17,420 bases of DNA from Candidatus Moanibacter sp. Its GTDB lineage: Bacteria > Verrucomicrobiota > Verrucomicrobiia > Opitutales > UBA2987. Each line of letters opens with the position of its first letter. The first letter of the stretch is position 1. Where the stretch lies: contig CBDCEW010000054.1 in assembly GCA_965215885.1 (NCBI GenBank), positions 1 through 17,420 on the forward strand. Reading direction: 5' to 3'. The notes beneath the pieces are model-generated. The model ran no database searches and was not told the origin of the DNA. It worked only from the letters and a program-made list of their open reading frames with translations. Positions 1-9,546 of this stretch are shown in pieces. Both the position numbers and the translations under genes were made by a program.

Positions 1-18
1 TAGTAAGTGTCTTGCGTG

Positions 19-246
19 CCTTCGATTGCTGGCTGCCCCGGTCTTGCGCCGGGGTGGTGCGCGTTTCTTGCTAAACACCGTGTGCCTCTACCCACCCCTC
101 CACCGGTCCTCTCTCGCCTCAGTCGGTACAAGGCTGAGGCGAGAGAGGACCGGTGGAGGGGTGGGGCTGTCTATCGTTTATTGTAGCTGTCTACCGTGCG
201 CCACCCCGGCGCAAGACCGGGCAGCCTCAGAAACGCTAAACAGGTA
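19..246. mobile_element. MITE-like nested palindromic element (left end probably outside the window or degenerate)
   Basis: Perfect 32-bp inverted repeat 91-122/134-165 nested in a second IR 31-60/198-226. Ends in ACGCTAAACAGGTA (233-246). 225-247 is identical to 7777-7799. Confidence 0.7.
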
Positions 247-330
247 CTTGCTGTACGGCAGGACTGCGGGGAGTGTTCATTACCAATTCTTCTTGCACCG
301 GCCCGAAACGTTGAGAAACTTCTGTTCTCT

Positions 331-1479
331 ATGAGCGACGATTTGCATTCGAGCATTATGCTGGCGGGAGATTGGGGCCCACAAGACACGCACTCGATCG
401 ACTTCGACAACCTGCCACGCGTGAGGTCGCAACATACCGTTGTCACAGATGTTCGGGGACGCAGAGATAATCTCGATAAGATCGACACTGAAACGGGCGG
501 CGTGAGCCAGCACAATTACCTGGCCCACCACGGTGGACGATATTGGGTGATGTGGAGCGATGGTCCGGGGGTGGAGGACCGAGTTGGCCAACGGGTAAAA
601 TATGCCACGAGCGGGAACGGCATCGATTGGTCGGCGCCGGATTTTATCACCCCGGAACCACCGGGTGCCGGAGTTGATTCCGAATTCTACGGTCAGCGGA
701 CGAGCGAAGGGTTTCGCTATATTTCGCGCGGTTTCTGGCAGCGCGACGGAGAATTGCTGGCGATCGCCGCACTTGATGAAGCAGCCGGATTTTTTGGTAA
801 GAGCTTTTCCCTGAGAGGATTCCGCTTCAGCGATGCGGATGGCCTCTGGGAAGATGCGGGAGTAATATTCGAGAATACGATCAATAACTTCCCGCCCAAA
901 CAGCTACCTACTGGAGATTGGATGATGACCCGGCGGACCCATGATTACGGTGAAAATGGGATCCAGGTTCTCATCGGCGGGAGGGAGGGAATCGATCGGT
1001 GGGAGTCCTATCCCGTGCAGGGCACATCCGAGAAACTGAGGGCCGAGGAGCCGCTCTGGTGGGTCCTGCCGGACGACAGCCTGATGGCGCTTTTTCGCGA
1101 TAACCGGCGCAGCGGGTTTCTCTTTCGGTCGTATTCCTCAGACCATGGGCGATCCTGGTCGTCGCCGGTGAAGACGAATTTTCCCGATGCCACATCGAAG
1201 CTCCACGGTCTGCGATTGAGCGACGGGCGCTACGTGCTGATATCGAATCCGTATCCGCGCAAAGACCAACCCAATCCGCGCTTACGCGACCCTTTGGCCA
1301 TTTCGATCAGCGATGACGGGAAGGTGTTTCATTCGATGGGGTATCTGGCCGGCGGGCGGTGGCTCGATTATCCCCATGCTATGGAGCACGACGGACACTT
1401 GCTGATTGCTTTCTCCGGGGGTAAGCAGTCCGTCGAAGTTCTGAAAGTAAAAATTGGCGATCTGGACTCGTTGGGCTAA
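331..1479 (+). CDS. BNR/Asp-box exo-alpha-sialidase-like beta-propeller protein
   Basis: Asp-box-like motifs SGNGIDWS, SSDHGRSWS, SDDGKVF, plus AEEP...LMALFR and LDYPH motifs. ATG at 331 preferred because the ORF extension from 196 runs through the repeat element. Confidence 0.8.
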   Translation: MSDDLHSSIMLAGDWGPQDTHSIDFDNLPRVRSQHTVVTDVRGRRDNLDKIDTETGGVSQHNYLAHHGGRYWVMWSDGPGVEDRVGQRVKYATSGNGIDWSAPDFITPEPPGAGVDSEFYGQRTSEGFRYISRGFWQRDGELLAIAALDEAAGFFGKSFSLRGFRFSDADGLWEDAGVIFENTINNFPPKQLPTGDWMMTRRTHDYGENGIQVLIGGREGIDRWESYPVQGTSEKLRAEEPLWWVLPDDSLMALFRDNRRSGFLFRSYSSDHGRSWSSPVKTNFPDATSKLHGLRLSDGRYVLISNPYPRKDQPNPRLRDPLAISISDDGKVFHSMGYLAGGRWLDYPHAMEHDGHLLIAFSGGKQSVEVLKVKIGDLDSLG

Positions 1480-2344
1480 GCAAAAAGAGATTTGAATTTC
1501 TCAATGGAGGATCGAAAGCCATCTTCAAAGGAGCCGCCCTCTGGCCGATAGACGCTTTCCAGAGAAATGACTCCTTCATAGGTATCGCCTCTGAGCGAGT
1601 TTGCTATTGCCTCCAGGGAGGGGCCCAGATGGCCTTCTCCAAGAGACCGGCAGGCGACGGTCGCTTTCGGAATGTCGACTTCACTGTCCTTTAGATGAAG
1701 ATGGCCGAGATACCCTCCTCTGAGTGCCTCATAGCCATCCGGGTAGGCTTTTTCGTTGCAGTAAAGGCTGTTGCAGGGATCCCAAAGAACCTTAAGCCGG
1801 CTGGTTCCCAGTGCTTCAATCAATTTTCGCCCCAAATACGCTGAAGAGATCATAGCATTGTTGCCCGTCTCCACTACCAGGGTGATCCCCTCCGCTTCAG
1901 CGATCTCTACGGGCAGAGCCATAAGGTGTACCAGTTTATCCCATGCACCAGTGGAGACATTCCACTGATCGGCGCCATTTCTGCCAAAGAGAATCATCTC
2001 TTTACGAAAACTCATTGTGCGCACCAGCGAACAATCGAGCGTCTCGCCATGTCAATACACCGTCGCAGGGCTTCAATTTGCGTCAGATAGATTGGGCTAT
2101 CGGTCTCGAGATCACCTATGGAAATACCGCCAAAGATATGACGTGAAATACAGGACACCTCAACGTTATGGGCCTGAGCCAAATCCCGAACCCGGGAAAT
2201 CTCAGCGTAACTCAAGTCACCAACCTCCTTATCCCAGAGATACTGCAATTCGGCCTGATTCAGACCGAACTCATTCATCATCGTCAAGGCGTGCTCAAAC
2301 TCGCGGCTGATGCCATCGGTAATGACGCCTAACTTTGCCATCAT
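1476..2344 (-). pseudogene. Sugar phosphate isomerase/epimerase (xylose-isomerase-like TIM barrel), frameshifted near 2044
   Basis: ORF 2012-2344 (KLGVITDGIS...) and ORF 1476-2024 (VETGNN, LWDPCN, HLHLKD, ISLESV) join if one base is restored in ATG GCG AG- ACG CTC GAT TGT. GGGAGG RBS before 2344. Either a true pseudogene or a sequencing error. Confidence 0.8.
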
Positions 2345-2354
2345 TGCCTCCCTT

Positions 2355-3240
2355 CTACCACGTCACTTCCGTATCGGCTATTTGTTCGAGCAGTTTTACG
2401 ATCGACCAGTTGTTGCCGTCGGGAAACATCGAAATGCCGGCCTGAAAAAGTTCATATGCCGCGGCGACGGTGAACATACTCACTCCATTCTCGCGGGCCA
2501 GATTCAGACTGATACCCAAGTCCTTGTACATCGTGCCGATGTGACTGCCTGTGTTTTCAAACTTGCGGTCCATAATCAGTTCGGCGCAGTTACGGAAAAG
2601 AGGACTTCCGACGCCGCTGAACACATCAAAAAGCACCTGACCGCTGACACCGGATTTTGAACCGAGTACCAGCGATTCAAAAATGGCGGTGAAGGATGCG
2701 CCGATAAATGCCTGTAACGATGCCTTGACCGTTTGTCCCATGCCGGCTTCTTCACCAACATGGAATATCTTATCACCAACGGCTTTCAGCAAAGTGAGGT
2801 TATCCTCAAAAACCGCTTTGGGTGCAGCCGCCATCAAAGTCAGTGTGCCGTTGTCCGCTCCCGGTTTTCCGCCGCTTACAGGAGTGTCGATGATGTTGAT
2901 CCCGGTCCCCGCAAGAACCTCCGCTGCGGCTCGCGCGTCCTTGGGTTCAATCGTCGCCGAAAGGATGTTGGTGGCGCCGGGCTTCAGGCTTTTCAAGAGA
3001 CCGTCCTTGCCCGTAATCACGTCGAATACCTGCTGGCCATTCATCACCATAAGGAAAACAGCATCCGAATATTGACCCACTTCGCTTGGGCTGTGCGCGG
3101 ATTTTCCATCAAGAACCTCGAGCATTTGGAGCCGTTCTGCCCTTATGTCAAAGCCCGTACAGTTAAAGCCGCTCTCTGATGATGTTGGTGGCTAAACCAA
3201 TCCCCATTTCACCCAGACCAATAACACCAACGTTTCTCAT
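2355..3240 (-). pseudogene. NAD(P)-dependent beta-hydroxyacid dehydrogenase (3-hydroxyisobutyrate/tartronate-semialdehyde reductase family), frameshifted near 3173
   Basis: True start ATG at 3240 gives MRNVGVIGLGEMGIGLATNII (Rossmann GxGxMG) with a GAGGG RBS. One extra base in ATCAGAGAGC shifts the frame before GFNCTGFDI. The downstream ORF has DTPVSGG and GMGQTVK. Confidence 0.85.
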
Positions 3241-3369
3241 AAATTGATTCCCTCTTGTGCGTTTACGCAGTCAAACACAAACGACGCAAAGATAATGGGC
3301 GTAAACGGTTAATCCGCCCCTTCTTCGTTTCGACCGCAAGCGGTCTTCCAACAACAATTTTTGCAGCTC

Positions 3370-3393
3370 GTAGGAAGCTCGCTTGCGAGCGAT
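3370..3393 (+). repeat. GTAG-type REP palindrome
   Basis: GTAGGAA-GCTCGC-TT-GCGAGC-GAT. A related copy lies at 9600-9648. Confidence 0.65.
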
Positions 3394-3419
3394 GAACCCG
3401 CAATCTTACGCCGTTGCAG

Positions 3420-4121
3420 TCAGACATCGAATTTTTTCTTCAAATAGTCGCTCGTGAGATGTTTGAGGATATCCAGCGGTTCGCATTTTGAACCGCCATC
3501 GTTGAAATCCACCGGGCCGATGGCTTTGGTTGCCTTGATGGCAGCCCGGTTCAGCTTCTTATTGCGTTTGCCGATGCCGATGAGTGCGCCGCCCATCGAC
3601 AATCGGACCCAATTCTCCTCGGTTGAAATTTCGTCGCGGATGCGTCTGACGCAGTCGAGAAAGAACTCATCCATGAGCTCCGCGTTCCGCTTGTCCTTCG
3701 TTAACTCGTAGATCAGACCGTAACCGCACCGGCGTCGCAGCGCGTCCGCGCTCTCGATCCAGTGCCGGGCGAGGTCAAATGCGAAAGGCGCCTTCGGCAG
3801 GGTCGCATCACATGAACTGAACACATGAGCCAGCATGCCGGCGCCGACTCCTTCCACCTGCTCTTCCACCTGTTCCCGTGTCAGTTTTTTCGGCTCGTCA
3901 ATCAACAACCCGATAATTTTCGCGTCATGGTTGGCGCACTTCCAAAGCTGGAGCGCCAGGTTGTGATCGCGGCCGACCTTCCTGGCCAGCTTGCGTAGCT
4001 GAGTGAGGCCGATCCCGAAACTTTTCAAGCCTCCGGTATCCGGCCCCAGTTTCTCCCAATTCTTGACGCCGCGATCGTTTCGGTTCGCTTTCAGAAGGAC
4101 CATCACCTCGGATTTCGTCAT
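3420..4121 (-). CDS. DNA alkylation repair protein (AlkD-like HEAT-repeat family)
   Basis: Motifs FGIGLTQLRKLARKVGRDHNLALQLW, HDAKI, WVRLSMGGALIGIGKRN and AIGPVDF typical of the family. 233 aa. Confidence 0.75.
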   Translation of the reverse strand: MTKSEVMVLLKANRNDRGVKNWEKLGPDTGGLKSFGIGLTQLRKLARKVGRDHNLALQLWKCANHDAKIIGLLIDEPKKLTREQVEEQVEGVGAGMLAHVFSSCDATLPKAPFAFDLARHWIESADALRRRCGYGLIYELTKDKRNAELMDEFFLDCVRRIRDEISTEENWVRLSMGGALIGIGKRNKKLNRAAIKATKAIGPVDFNDGGSKCEPLDILKHLTSDYLKKKFDV

Positions 4122-4132
4122 GGCGGAGAGTT

Positions 4133-5155
4133 TTATGCGCCTGATTTCGAGAAGAACTCCTTGAATGCGGAAATCGCAGTGCAGATATCTTCTTCGGTCA
4201 CATCCAGGTGCGTGACGAGGCGAATGATTTGCCCTCCCAGGACCAGGATACCGCGCTGTTTCAAGAAAGCTGGAAGCCGATCAGCTCCTTCGTGCGCCCG
4301 AATGAACACCATGTTGGTCTGCCCGGGCGCGAAATCGACATCCAATTCTTCAATTTCGGACAAACCTTGGGCCAGGAGAACTGCGTTGGCGTGGTCATCC
4401 GTGAGTCGCCGGATATTGTGTTCGAGGGCGTAAATTCCGCCGGCCGCCAGCATCCCGGCCTGACGCATGCCGCCGCCCAGCACCTTGCGCCATCTTCGTG
4501 CCCGCCCGGTCTGCTCCCGACTGCCACAGAAGAGGGAACCGACCGGCGCGCCGAGCCCTTTTGACAGGCAGAAGGAGACAGAATCGAAATTTCCAGCGAT
4601 CGCGTCGACGGATGTCTTATGCTTTACGGCCGCGTTGAAGATGCGGGCGCCATCCAGATGAAGCTTGATCTGCTGTTCACCGGCGAAGTCCGCAGCCTCT
4701 TGCATGTAATCCATAGGCAACGCCTTTCCGTCTTGAGTGTTCTCAAGGCATAACAGGCGAGTGCGTGCGAAGTGGAAGTCGTCAGGTTTGATGGCGTCCG
4801 CTACTTTGCCTAGATCCAGGGTGCCGTTCTCTTCGAAATCCAGTGGCTGCGGTTGAATGCTACCCAATACCGCCGCACCGCCTCCTTCGAACCGGTAGGT
4901 GTGGGCCTGCTGACCCACGATGTATTCATCTCCCCGTTCACAGTGGGTGAGCAAGGCCAGGAGGTTGGCCTGCGTGCCGCTCGATGTGAAGAGGGACGCC
5001 TCCTTCCCGAGCATTTCAGCCGCGAGCGACTCCAGGCGGTTGACAGTGGGATCTTCCCCAAGGACATCGTCACCGACTTCGGCCTCCGCCATAGCGGCCC
5101 GCATGTCTGGGGTCGGTGTCGTTACTGTATCACTTCTCAGATCAATGACTTCCAT
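4133..5155 (-). CDS. ltaE: Low-specificity L-threonine aldolase
   Basis: [42 protein letters not shown]-lysine motif [20 protein letters not shown]. Confidence 0.95.
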   Translation of the reverse strand: MEVIDLRSDTVTTPTPDMRAAMAEAEVGDDVLGEDPTVNRLESLAAEMLGKEASLFTSSGTQANLLALLTHCERGDEYIVGQQAHTYRFEGGGAAVLGSIQPQPLDFEENGTLDLGKVADAIKPDDFHFARTRLLCLENTQDGKALPMDYMQEAADFAGEQQIKLHLDGARIFNAAVKHKTSVDAIAGNFDSVSFCLSKGLGAPVGSLFCGSREQTGRARRWRKVLGGGMRQAGMLAAGGIYALEHNIRRLTDDHANAVLLAQGLSEIEELDVDFAPGQTNMVFIRAHEGADRLPAFLKQRGILVLGGQIIRLVTHLDVTEEDICTAISAFKEFFSKSGA

Positions 5156-5223
5156 CAGTCTGCTTCACTGTTCATGCGGGTTCGCGGGCTGTTTCTAACG
5201 CATACTCTTCGTGGAATTTGCCG

Positions 5224-5301
5224 AAGTGGCACAGGCTTCCAGCCTGTGTGAAACATGGATGTTTGTCACGACTTTTGACAGGCTGGAAGCCTGTGCCACT
5301 T
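5224..5301. repeat. REP doublet (REPIN-like) with 24-bp perfect inverted arms
   Basis: AAGTGGCACAGGCTTCCAGCCTGT (5224-5247) and ACAGGCTGGAAGCCTGTGCCACTT (5278-5301). Each arm is itself a hairpin. Confidence 0.85.
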
Positions 5302-5486
5302 TGCATTCAGAAGTTTCACTCTGCCGTACGGCAGAGCAGCGGGGTTTCCGGGCGGTCCATTATAGCTCAATTCGGTCGCAACACCATCGAAATGCTCTCC
5401 CGGGGCGCCGGGACTACATGCTTAGATTCGGAACGTAGCGGAATGCGGGAGCATTTCGTCCTGCCACCAAAGTATTCGTTCCTTGC

Positions 5487-5693
5487 CTACTCCGACCAGT
5501 TGATAAGGCCGAGGCTGATAAAATTGTCATCATCGGGCGTCCTGCACTTTACCGTCAGTGTAACCTCGTCCTGCTTCAGTTCGGACGCTGCTTCATCAGC
5601 TATGCGCAGTCCGCCTACTTCGTCCAGGCTGTAGTCGGGGTGCCCCAAAATTTCCTCGGGCTTCTTCTTTATGATATTAGCGAACTTACTCAA
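5487..5693 (-). CDS. Small hypothetical protein, cassette-like
   Basis: 68-aa acidic ORF with a TTG start (or ATG at 5700 with a 1-nt indel). Starts about 40 nt after the attC-like R' box at 5734-5740. Confidence 0.5.
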   Translation of the reverse strand: MSKFANIIKKKPEEILGHPDYSLDEVGGLRIADEAASELKQDEVTLTVKCRTPDDDNFISLGLINWSE

Positions 5694-5733
5694 TTGTCAT
5701 TGTTTTCGTGGATTAGTATGGTGATTTTTCCTG

Positions 5734-5824
5734 TTACAACGTTCGCGGTGAAGGTCCGCGGCTTCATGCACCATGGATTAGAACCGAGCCTTCGACTCGG
5801 CTTCTAAACCTTGTCTTGTTCGGC
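5734..5824 (-). other. Degenerate attC-like recombination site with an extra hairpin
   Basis: Minus strand reads GCCGAAC-AAGAC-[hairpin]-GGTGCATG...CTTCACC-GCGAAC-GTTGTAA. The upstream ORF reads into it as ...KPNK. Confidence 0.4.
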
Positions 5825-5982
5825 TTCCTGGGACCAAGCGTGGTGCCAAGACTAACTATCTTCTTATAGATACTTCTTCGTCTCCTCACATAATAGATAA
5901 TTGTCGGGACTTGCCCCAGCCTTATTTTCCAGCCTTGCGGCCAAAGTCTTTGATTCGATTCTATTCGTTCTAGTACCTCCAA
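5764..5982 (-). pseudogene. Degraded ParE/RelE-like toxin remnant
   Basis: VLERIESNQRLWP...IRL...PTIIYYV...IVSLG resembles the ParE pattern. N-terminus is missing and the ORF runs into the attC-like site. Confidence 0.35.
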
Positions 5983-6241
5983 TATTGATGAATATTATAG
6001 GTCATTTCCCCCCCGATGCTCTCTATTTTCTTAGAAGAGGCCTTCAGGGTTGTCCGTCGCCGGCGCGCCTTGCACTACCCCCAATCCCGGCTTTGCCGGG
6101 ACATACCTGACCGTCTTTATGAGTTCGAGCACTTAGTGTCGGTGCGCAGCTGGGAGCACCTGACCATCGAGTGCGGTTGGCCTACAACCGAGTATGTTCG
6201 TTCAAGAAGCTGCTGAGGCGCACGCATGTGCGGGACGTCAG

Positions 6242-7381
6242 TCAGGCGCCTTCGATTCCCTCGACCCACCAGTGATGCGCGTTGACTTTGCTGCTGCCCT
6301 CCTCGTAGGCGATGCTGGACTGTATGAGCAGCCGATTCGGCACTGCCGGGTCGTACTTGCCAATAACTTCATTGGCTGAATAGGCATCGCCCCCACCGAT
6401 TTCCTTGCGGTGCAGAATAGTGCCGTCATCCCAGTGGATACCGGCAGAAGATGTGTAGAGGATCAGATGACTCGGGTCCCGATTGTAGCTGCCGCTGCGC
6501 CCATGCAGAAAATAGAGATTGCCGATCTTGCGCGACAGTTGCGGATTGCGGATGGCCCCGGCAAATCGGGTCGTTTTCACCTCGGACCATGTACGCCCTT
6601 CGTCCGCGCTTGTGACGTAGGGAATGTTGTATTCGTCAATGGCCGCGTTCCTGCGGTAAGGGTAGGAGTAGACTATGATGTCGCCATTATCGAGAACACC
6701 GGCTGTAACGTAGTAGTTCTCGTAGTCGAAGGGCAGTGTGCTGCGTCGCTCGAAAGATTCCCCGTTGTCAGCTGAGACATATAGATTGTAAGGGCCGATG
6801 CAGTAATCGGCCGATCCGCCGATGAAGACGGCAAAGACCTGATCATTGTGTGTGAATACGGCATCAAACGTCAGCGAAACCTCTTCAACGGTCGCATCGG
6901 CATCCAGAGGGTGTGGCTTGCTCCAGGTTTGGCCGTGATCGTGGCTCAGCAGGCAGACCGGAGGCAGTTTCTTGACCCACAGCTCCTTCTCAAATCGGCA
7001 GACGAACGCGATCAATGTGCCGTCGGGCGCGGTAGCGGCGGCGAATACGATGGCGGAATACATCTCTTCGCCCTCCCAGGCGCGTTTCGAATAATCCAGG
7101 ATGACCGGTCCGCTCCAGGTCTTTCCGCCGTCCTCGGATCGGCGATATTCCGACCAGCCTGCCACGCCGTGGCCACTCTCAATTTCACCCGATACGTTGC
7201 TGTAGAAGGCCACGATATCGCCGTTGCGGCATTCCGTCAGGCAGTTCCCGCCGTGACTGGATCGACCGTCCTTCTCGTGATCGACAAACCGAATGCCCTT
7301 ATTGGGAATGTCCGCCGGGAACACGTGGAAGCCCTTGGATATTCGAATGCTGGTAGTTGTAATATAGTTCCTTTCCGTCAT
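6242..7381 (-). CDS. BNR/Asp-box sialidase-family protein
   Basis: Asp-boxes SEDGGKTWS, SHDHGQTWS, SADNGESFE, SADEGRTWS, SSAGIHW. 379 aa, no evident signal peptide. Confidence 0.85.
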   Translation of the reverse strand: MTERNYITTTSIRISKGFHVFPADIPNKGIRFVDHEKDGRSSHGGNCLTECRNGDIVAFYSNVSGEIESGHGVAGWSEYRRSEDGGKTWSGPVILDYSKRAWEGEEMYSAIVFAAATAPDGTLIAFVCRFEKELWVKKLPPVCLLSHDHGQTWSKPHPLDADATVEEVSLTFDAVFTHNDQVFAVFIGGSADYCIGPYNLYVSADNGESFERRSTLPFDYENYYVTAGVLDNGDIIVYSYPYRRNAAIDEYNIPYVTSADEGRTWSEVKTTRFAGAIRNPQLSRKIGNLYFLHGRSGSYNRDPSHLILYTSSAGIHWDDGTILHRKEIGGGDAYSANEVIGKYDPAVPNRLLIQSSIAYEEGSSKVNAHHWWVEGIEGA

Positions 7382-7464
7382 GGCTCTGGCAGCCTCAACG
7401 CCCGGTCTTTGGAGTAGCTTGTAGTTGGCCGCGAAAGATCGCTATACCCAAACTTAAACGTAAG

Positions 7465-7619
7465 CTTCGCCGTAAGCTTTGTCGAGAGAGCGACCGAATT
7501 CCGCGACAAAGCTCACGACAAAGATTCCCTGACGGGGGAAAGAAGCTACTCCCTCACTTCGTCGTAAGCTTCATCGAGAAATCGGCCGATAATAGCGACA
7601 GAGTTGACGACAAAGATTC
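7465..7619. repeat. Two tandem 63-bp imperfect palindromes separated by 29 bp
   Basis: 7465-7527 and 7557-7619 both read CTTCGyCGTAAGCTTyrTCGAGA...GCGACArAGyTsACGACAAAGATTC. Confidence 0.75.
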
Positions 7620-7720
7620 GGCTGCGTCTCCCATCTCCCTCTCTCCCCGTCACCGCTTCTCCGACAAGAGCGCCTTGCGGTCACCGAAGCTTGATCATTC
7701 CTTGTCCCGGCAGGCCGGGA

Positions 7721-7798
7721 TACCTGTTTAGCGTCTTTCCTTCGACTACCGGCTGCCCGGCACAAGACCGGGGTACCCTCAGAAACGCTAAACAGGTA
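7721..7798. mobile_element. 78-bp MITE with TA-bounded terminal inverted repeats
   Basis: TACCTGTTTAGCGT (7721-7734) and ACGCTAAACAGGTA (7785-7798) form a perfect 14-bp IR. The interior matches both ends of the 19-246 element. Confidence 0.75.
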
Positions 7799-7824
7799 CC
7801 TACCGGGACAGGGTTCCGATAAGT

Positions 7825-7983
7825 GCCCTGAAAGGGCATGGTGGGAAAGCCTCGGGTTTCAACCCGAGTCGTGGTATTCTACATAACCATGCGTCCTGAA
7901 GGGACGCTGTGGGCGCGCTGACGGCGGTCCTTCAGACCGCAGATCTCTCGCTTCTCTGTTTCCTCGGATTTAAACCCGAGGCT
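7825..7983. repeat. Composite hairpin cluster (BIME-like, of the type seen near Y1/HUH transposases)
   Basis: Hairpins GCCCTGAAAGGGC (7825-7837), CTCGGGTTTCAACCCGAG (7851-7868) and GCGTCCTGAAGGGACGC (7891-7907), with inverted counterparts at 7924-7940 and 7962-7983. Confidence 0.7.
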
Positions 7984-8293
7984 CCACCGCAACACTGCTT
8001 CGCAGTATTGAGGAAAATGAACCTGAAATCTGAGACAATTTGTCATTATCTATCCCTTTCTCGACTTCCAATCTGAGGATAAAGAATTGCCGCCCGCAGA
8101 TTGATCGTGTCAAAATGGCCAATAACGAAACCGCGGAGCAACAATTCGTCCACTTTCCCACATAAGTCAGGCTGATTTTCTTGTCTCTAGGCCCGGCAAG
8201 CCGGGATCGGACTATAACCAAATAACACTCTCGAAAAATGTATAAAGGCCGACAGGCTCCAGGAAACAAACCAATCTAGAAAGAAGAAAAACT

Positions 8294-9316
8294 ATGGGAG
8301 ATATAGCTACACGCAGAGTGGGAAAATCTATTGCCTCGGTCACGGAATTGGGACTCGGGTGCGCACCGTTAGGTGATCTGTTCACGGAACTCAGCGAAGA
8401 GGGGGCGCAGCAAACACTGGGGGCCGCCTGGGAGGCCGGAATCCGCTATTTCGATACGTCGCCCTTCTATGGGCATGGCAAGAGCGAGCATCGCGTCGGC
8501 CATTTCCTTCGTCAGCAACCGCGCTCCGAATTCATGGTATCGACCAAAGTCGGGCGTGTTTTCAAGGCGGCTCGGGACCCCGAAAACGTCGTGGGGGATT
8601 ACTTTGTGGGAAGGCTTCCTTTCGAATTCACCTACGATTACAGTTACGATGGAATCATGCGTTCCTTTGAGGACAGTCTGCAGCGCCTAAGTCTGCCGTC
8701 GATCGACATGCTCCTTATCCATGATCTCGATTGCTGGTTTCACCAGACGGAGGCGAAGGTGTCAGCCTATCTCACACAGCTCGTTACGAGCGGATGGAAG
8801 GCGTTGGACGAGCTGCGCTCCAGCGGAAAGATCAAGGCGATCGGAGCGGGCATCAACGAGGTCGGAATGATTCCGCGTTTCCTCGACTTGGTAGGGGTCG
8901 ATTTCTTTATTGTCGCATTGGTCTACACGTTACTGGATCAGGATGTTCTCGATGCCGAGTTCCCAATGTGCGAGCGACATGGCGCAGGGGCGGTGATCGG
9001 CGCCGTATTCGCCTCCGGTATATTGGCAACTGGGCCCGTCGAGGGGGCCATGTATCGCTATGAGCCGGCGCCGCCTGAGATGCTCCATAAGGTCGAGCGT
9101 ATGGTTGATGTCTGCGCTCGTCATGATGTACCCCTGGCTGCTGCAGCCATGCAATTTCCACTGGCCCATCCCATCGTTGCCTCCATCATTCCGGGAGCCC
9201 TCGCCCCGGAGCATGTAACAGCCAACGCGGGGCTCCTCAACCACCCCGTTCCCGCCGACTTGTGGTCCGAACTGAAAGAGGAGGGCCTACTAAGGGAAGA
9301 CGCCCCCACTCCGTGA
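8294..9316 (+). CDS. Aldo/keto reductase (D-threo-aldose 1-dehydrogenase / pyridoxal 4-dehydrogenase-like)
   Basis: LGLGCAPLG, YFDTSPFYGHGKSE, STKVGR, YDYSYDGIMRSFEDSLQRL, LLIHD, AAMQFPLAHP. Confidence 0.9.
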   Translation: MGDIATRRVGKSIASVTELGLGCAPLGDLFTELSEEGAQQTLGAAWEAGIRYFDTSPFYGHGKSEHRVGHFLRQQPRSEFMVSTKVGRVFKAARDPENVVGDYFVGRLPFEFTYDYSYDGIMRSFEDSLQRLSLPSIDMLLIHDLDCWFHQTEAKVSAYLTQLVTSGWKALDELRSSGKIKAIGAGINEVGMIPRFLDLVGVDFFIVALVYTLLDQDVLDAEFPMCERHGAGAVIGAVFASGILATGPVEGAMYRYEPAPPEMLHKVERMVDVCARHDVPLAAAAMQFPLAHPIVASIIPGALAPEHVTANAGLLNHPVPADLWSELKEEGLLREDAPTP

Positions 9317-9367
9317 GGTGGGACGACAATCAGTCCCGAAGGTTAACAGGGCGTAGGTTTCCCTTAG

Positions 9368-9546
9368 CCCGGACATTTCACACACTTCGTAGCGAGACCG
9401 CGTAGATTGCTGCATATCAGAGCCTTTGCGTAGTCCCGGCAAGCCGGGAACAGTGTGTTGAGACCCTCTGAGGTCGCCGGGCAAGGTAAGGCCTTGAGAT
9501 GCAGTGATATCCGTGGTCGTAGCAGAAGGTTTGTGAAATGTTCGGG
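9368..9546. mobile_element. 179-bp MITE flanked by TTAG/CTAG
   Basis: TIR CCCGGACATTTCACACACTTC (9368-9388) versus GAAGGTTTGTGAAATGTTCGGG (9525-9546). Internal IR 9410-9426/9488-9504. Confidence 0.7.

Noticed and set aside
196..330. N-terminal extension of the sialidase-like ORF
   Set aside because: It runs through the repeat element, and the same peptide (GxLRNAKQV) appears in the spurious ORF at 7604-7822.
2040..3180. Programmed ribosomal frameshifting in the two catabolic genes
   Set aside because: No slippery heptamer or stimulatory structure at either site.
3332..3345. Intrinsic terminator after the AlkD-like gene
   Set aside because: The 6-bp hairpin has no U-tract on the minus strand.
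6410..7417. Plus-strand ORFs of 121 and 189 aa
   Set aside because: Antisense to the sialidase-family gene, as expected in GC-rich DNA.
7465..7619. CRISPR-like repeat-spacer-repeat
   Set aside because: Only two diverged 63-bp units, too long for CRISPR repeats, and no cas genes in the window.
7992..8018. Third copy of element A/B (ACACTGC...ATTGAGGAAAAT), also the 13-nt match at 11505-11517
   Set aside because: Matches are only 12-13 nt without the flanking blocks or TIRs, so chance cannot be excluded.
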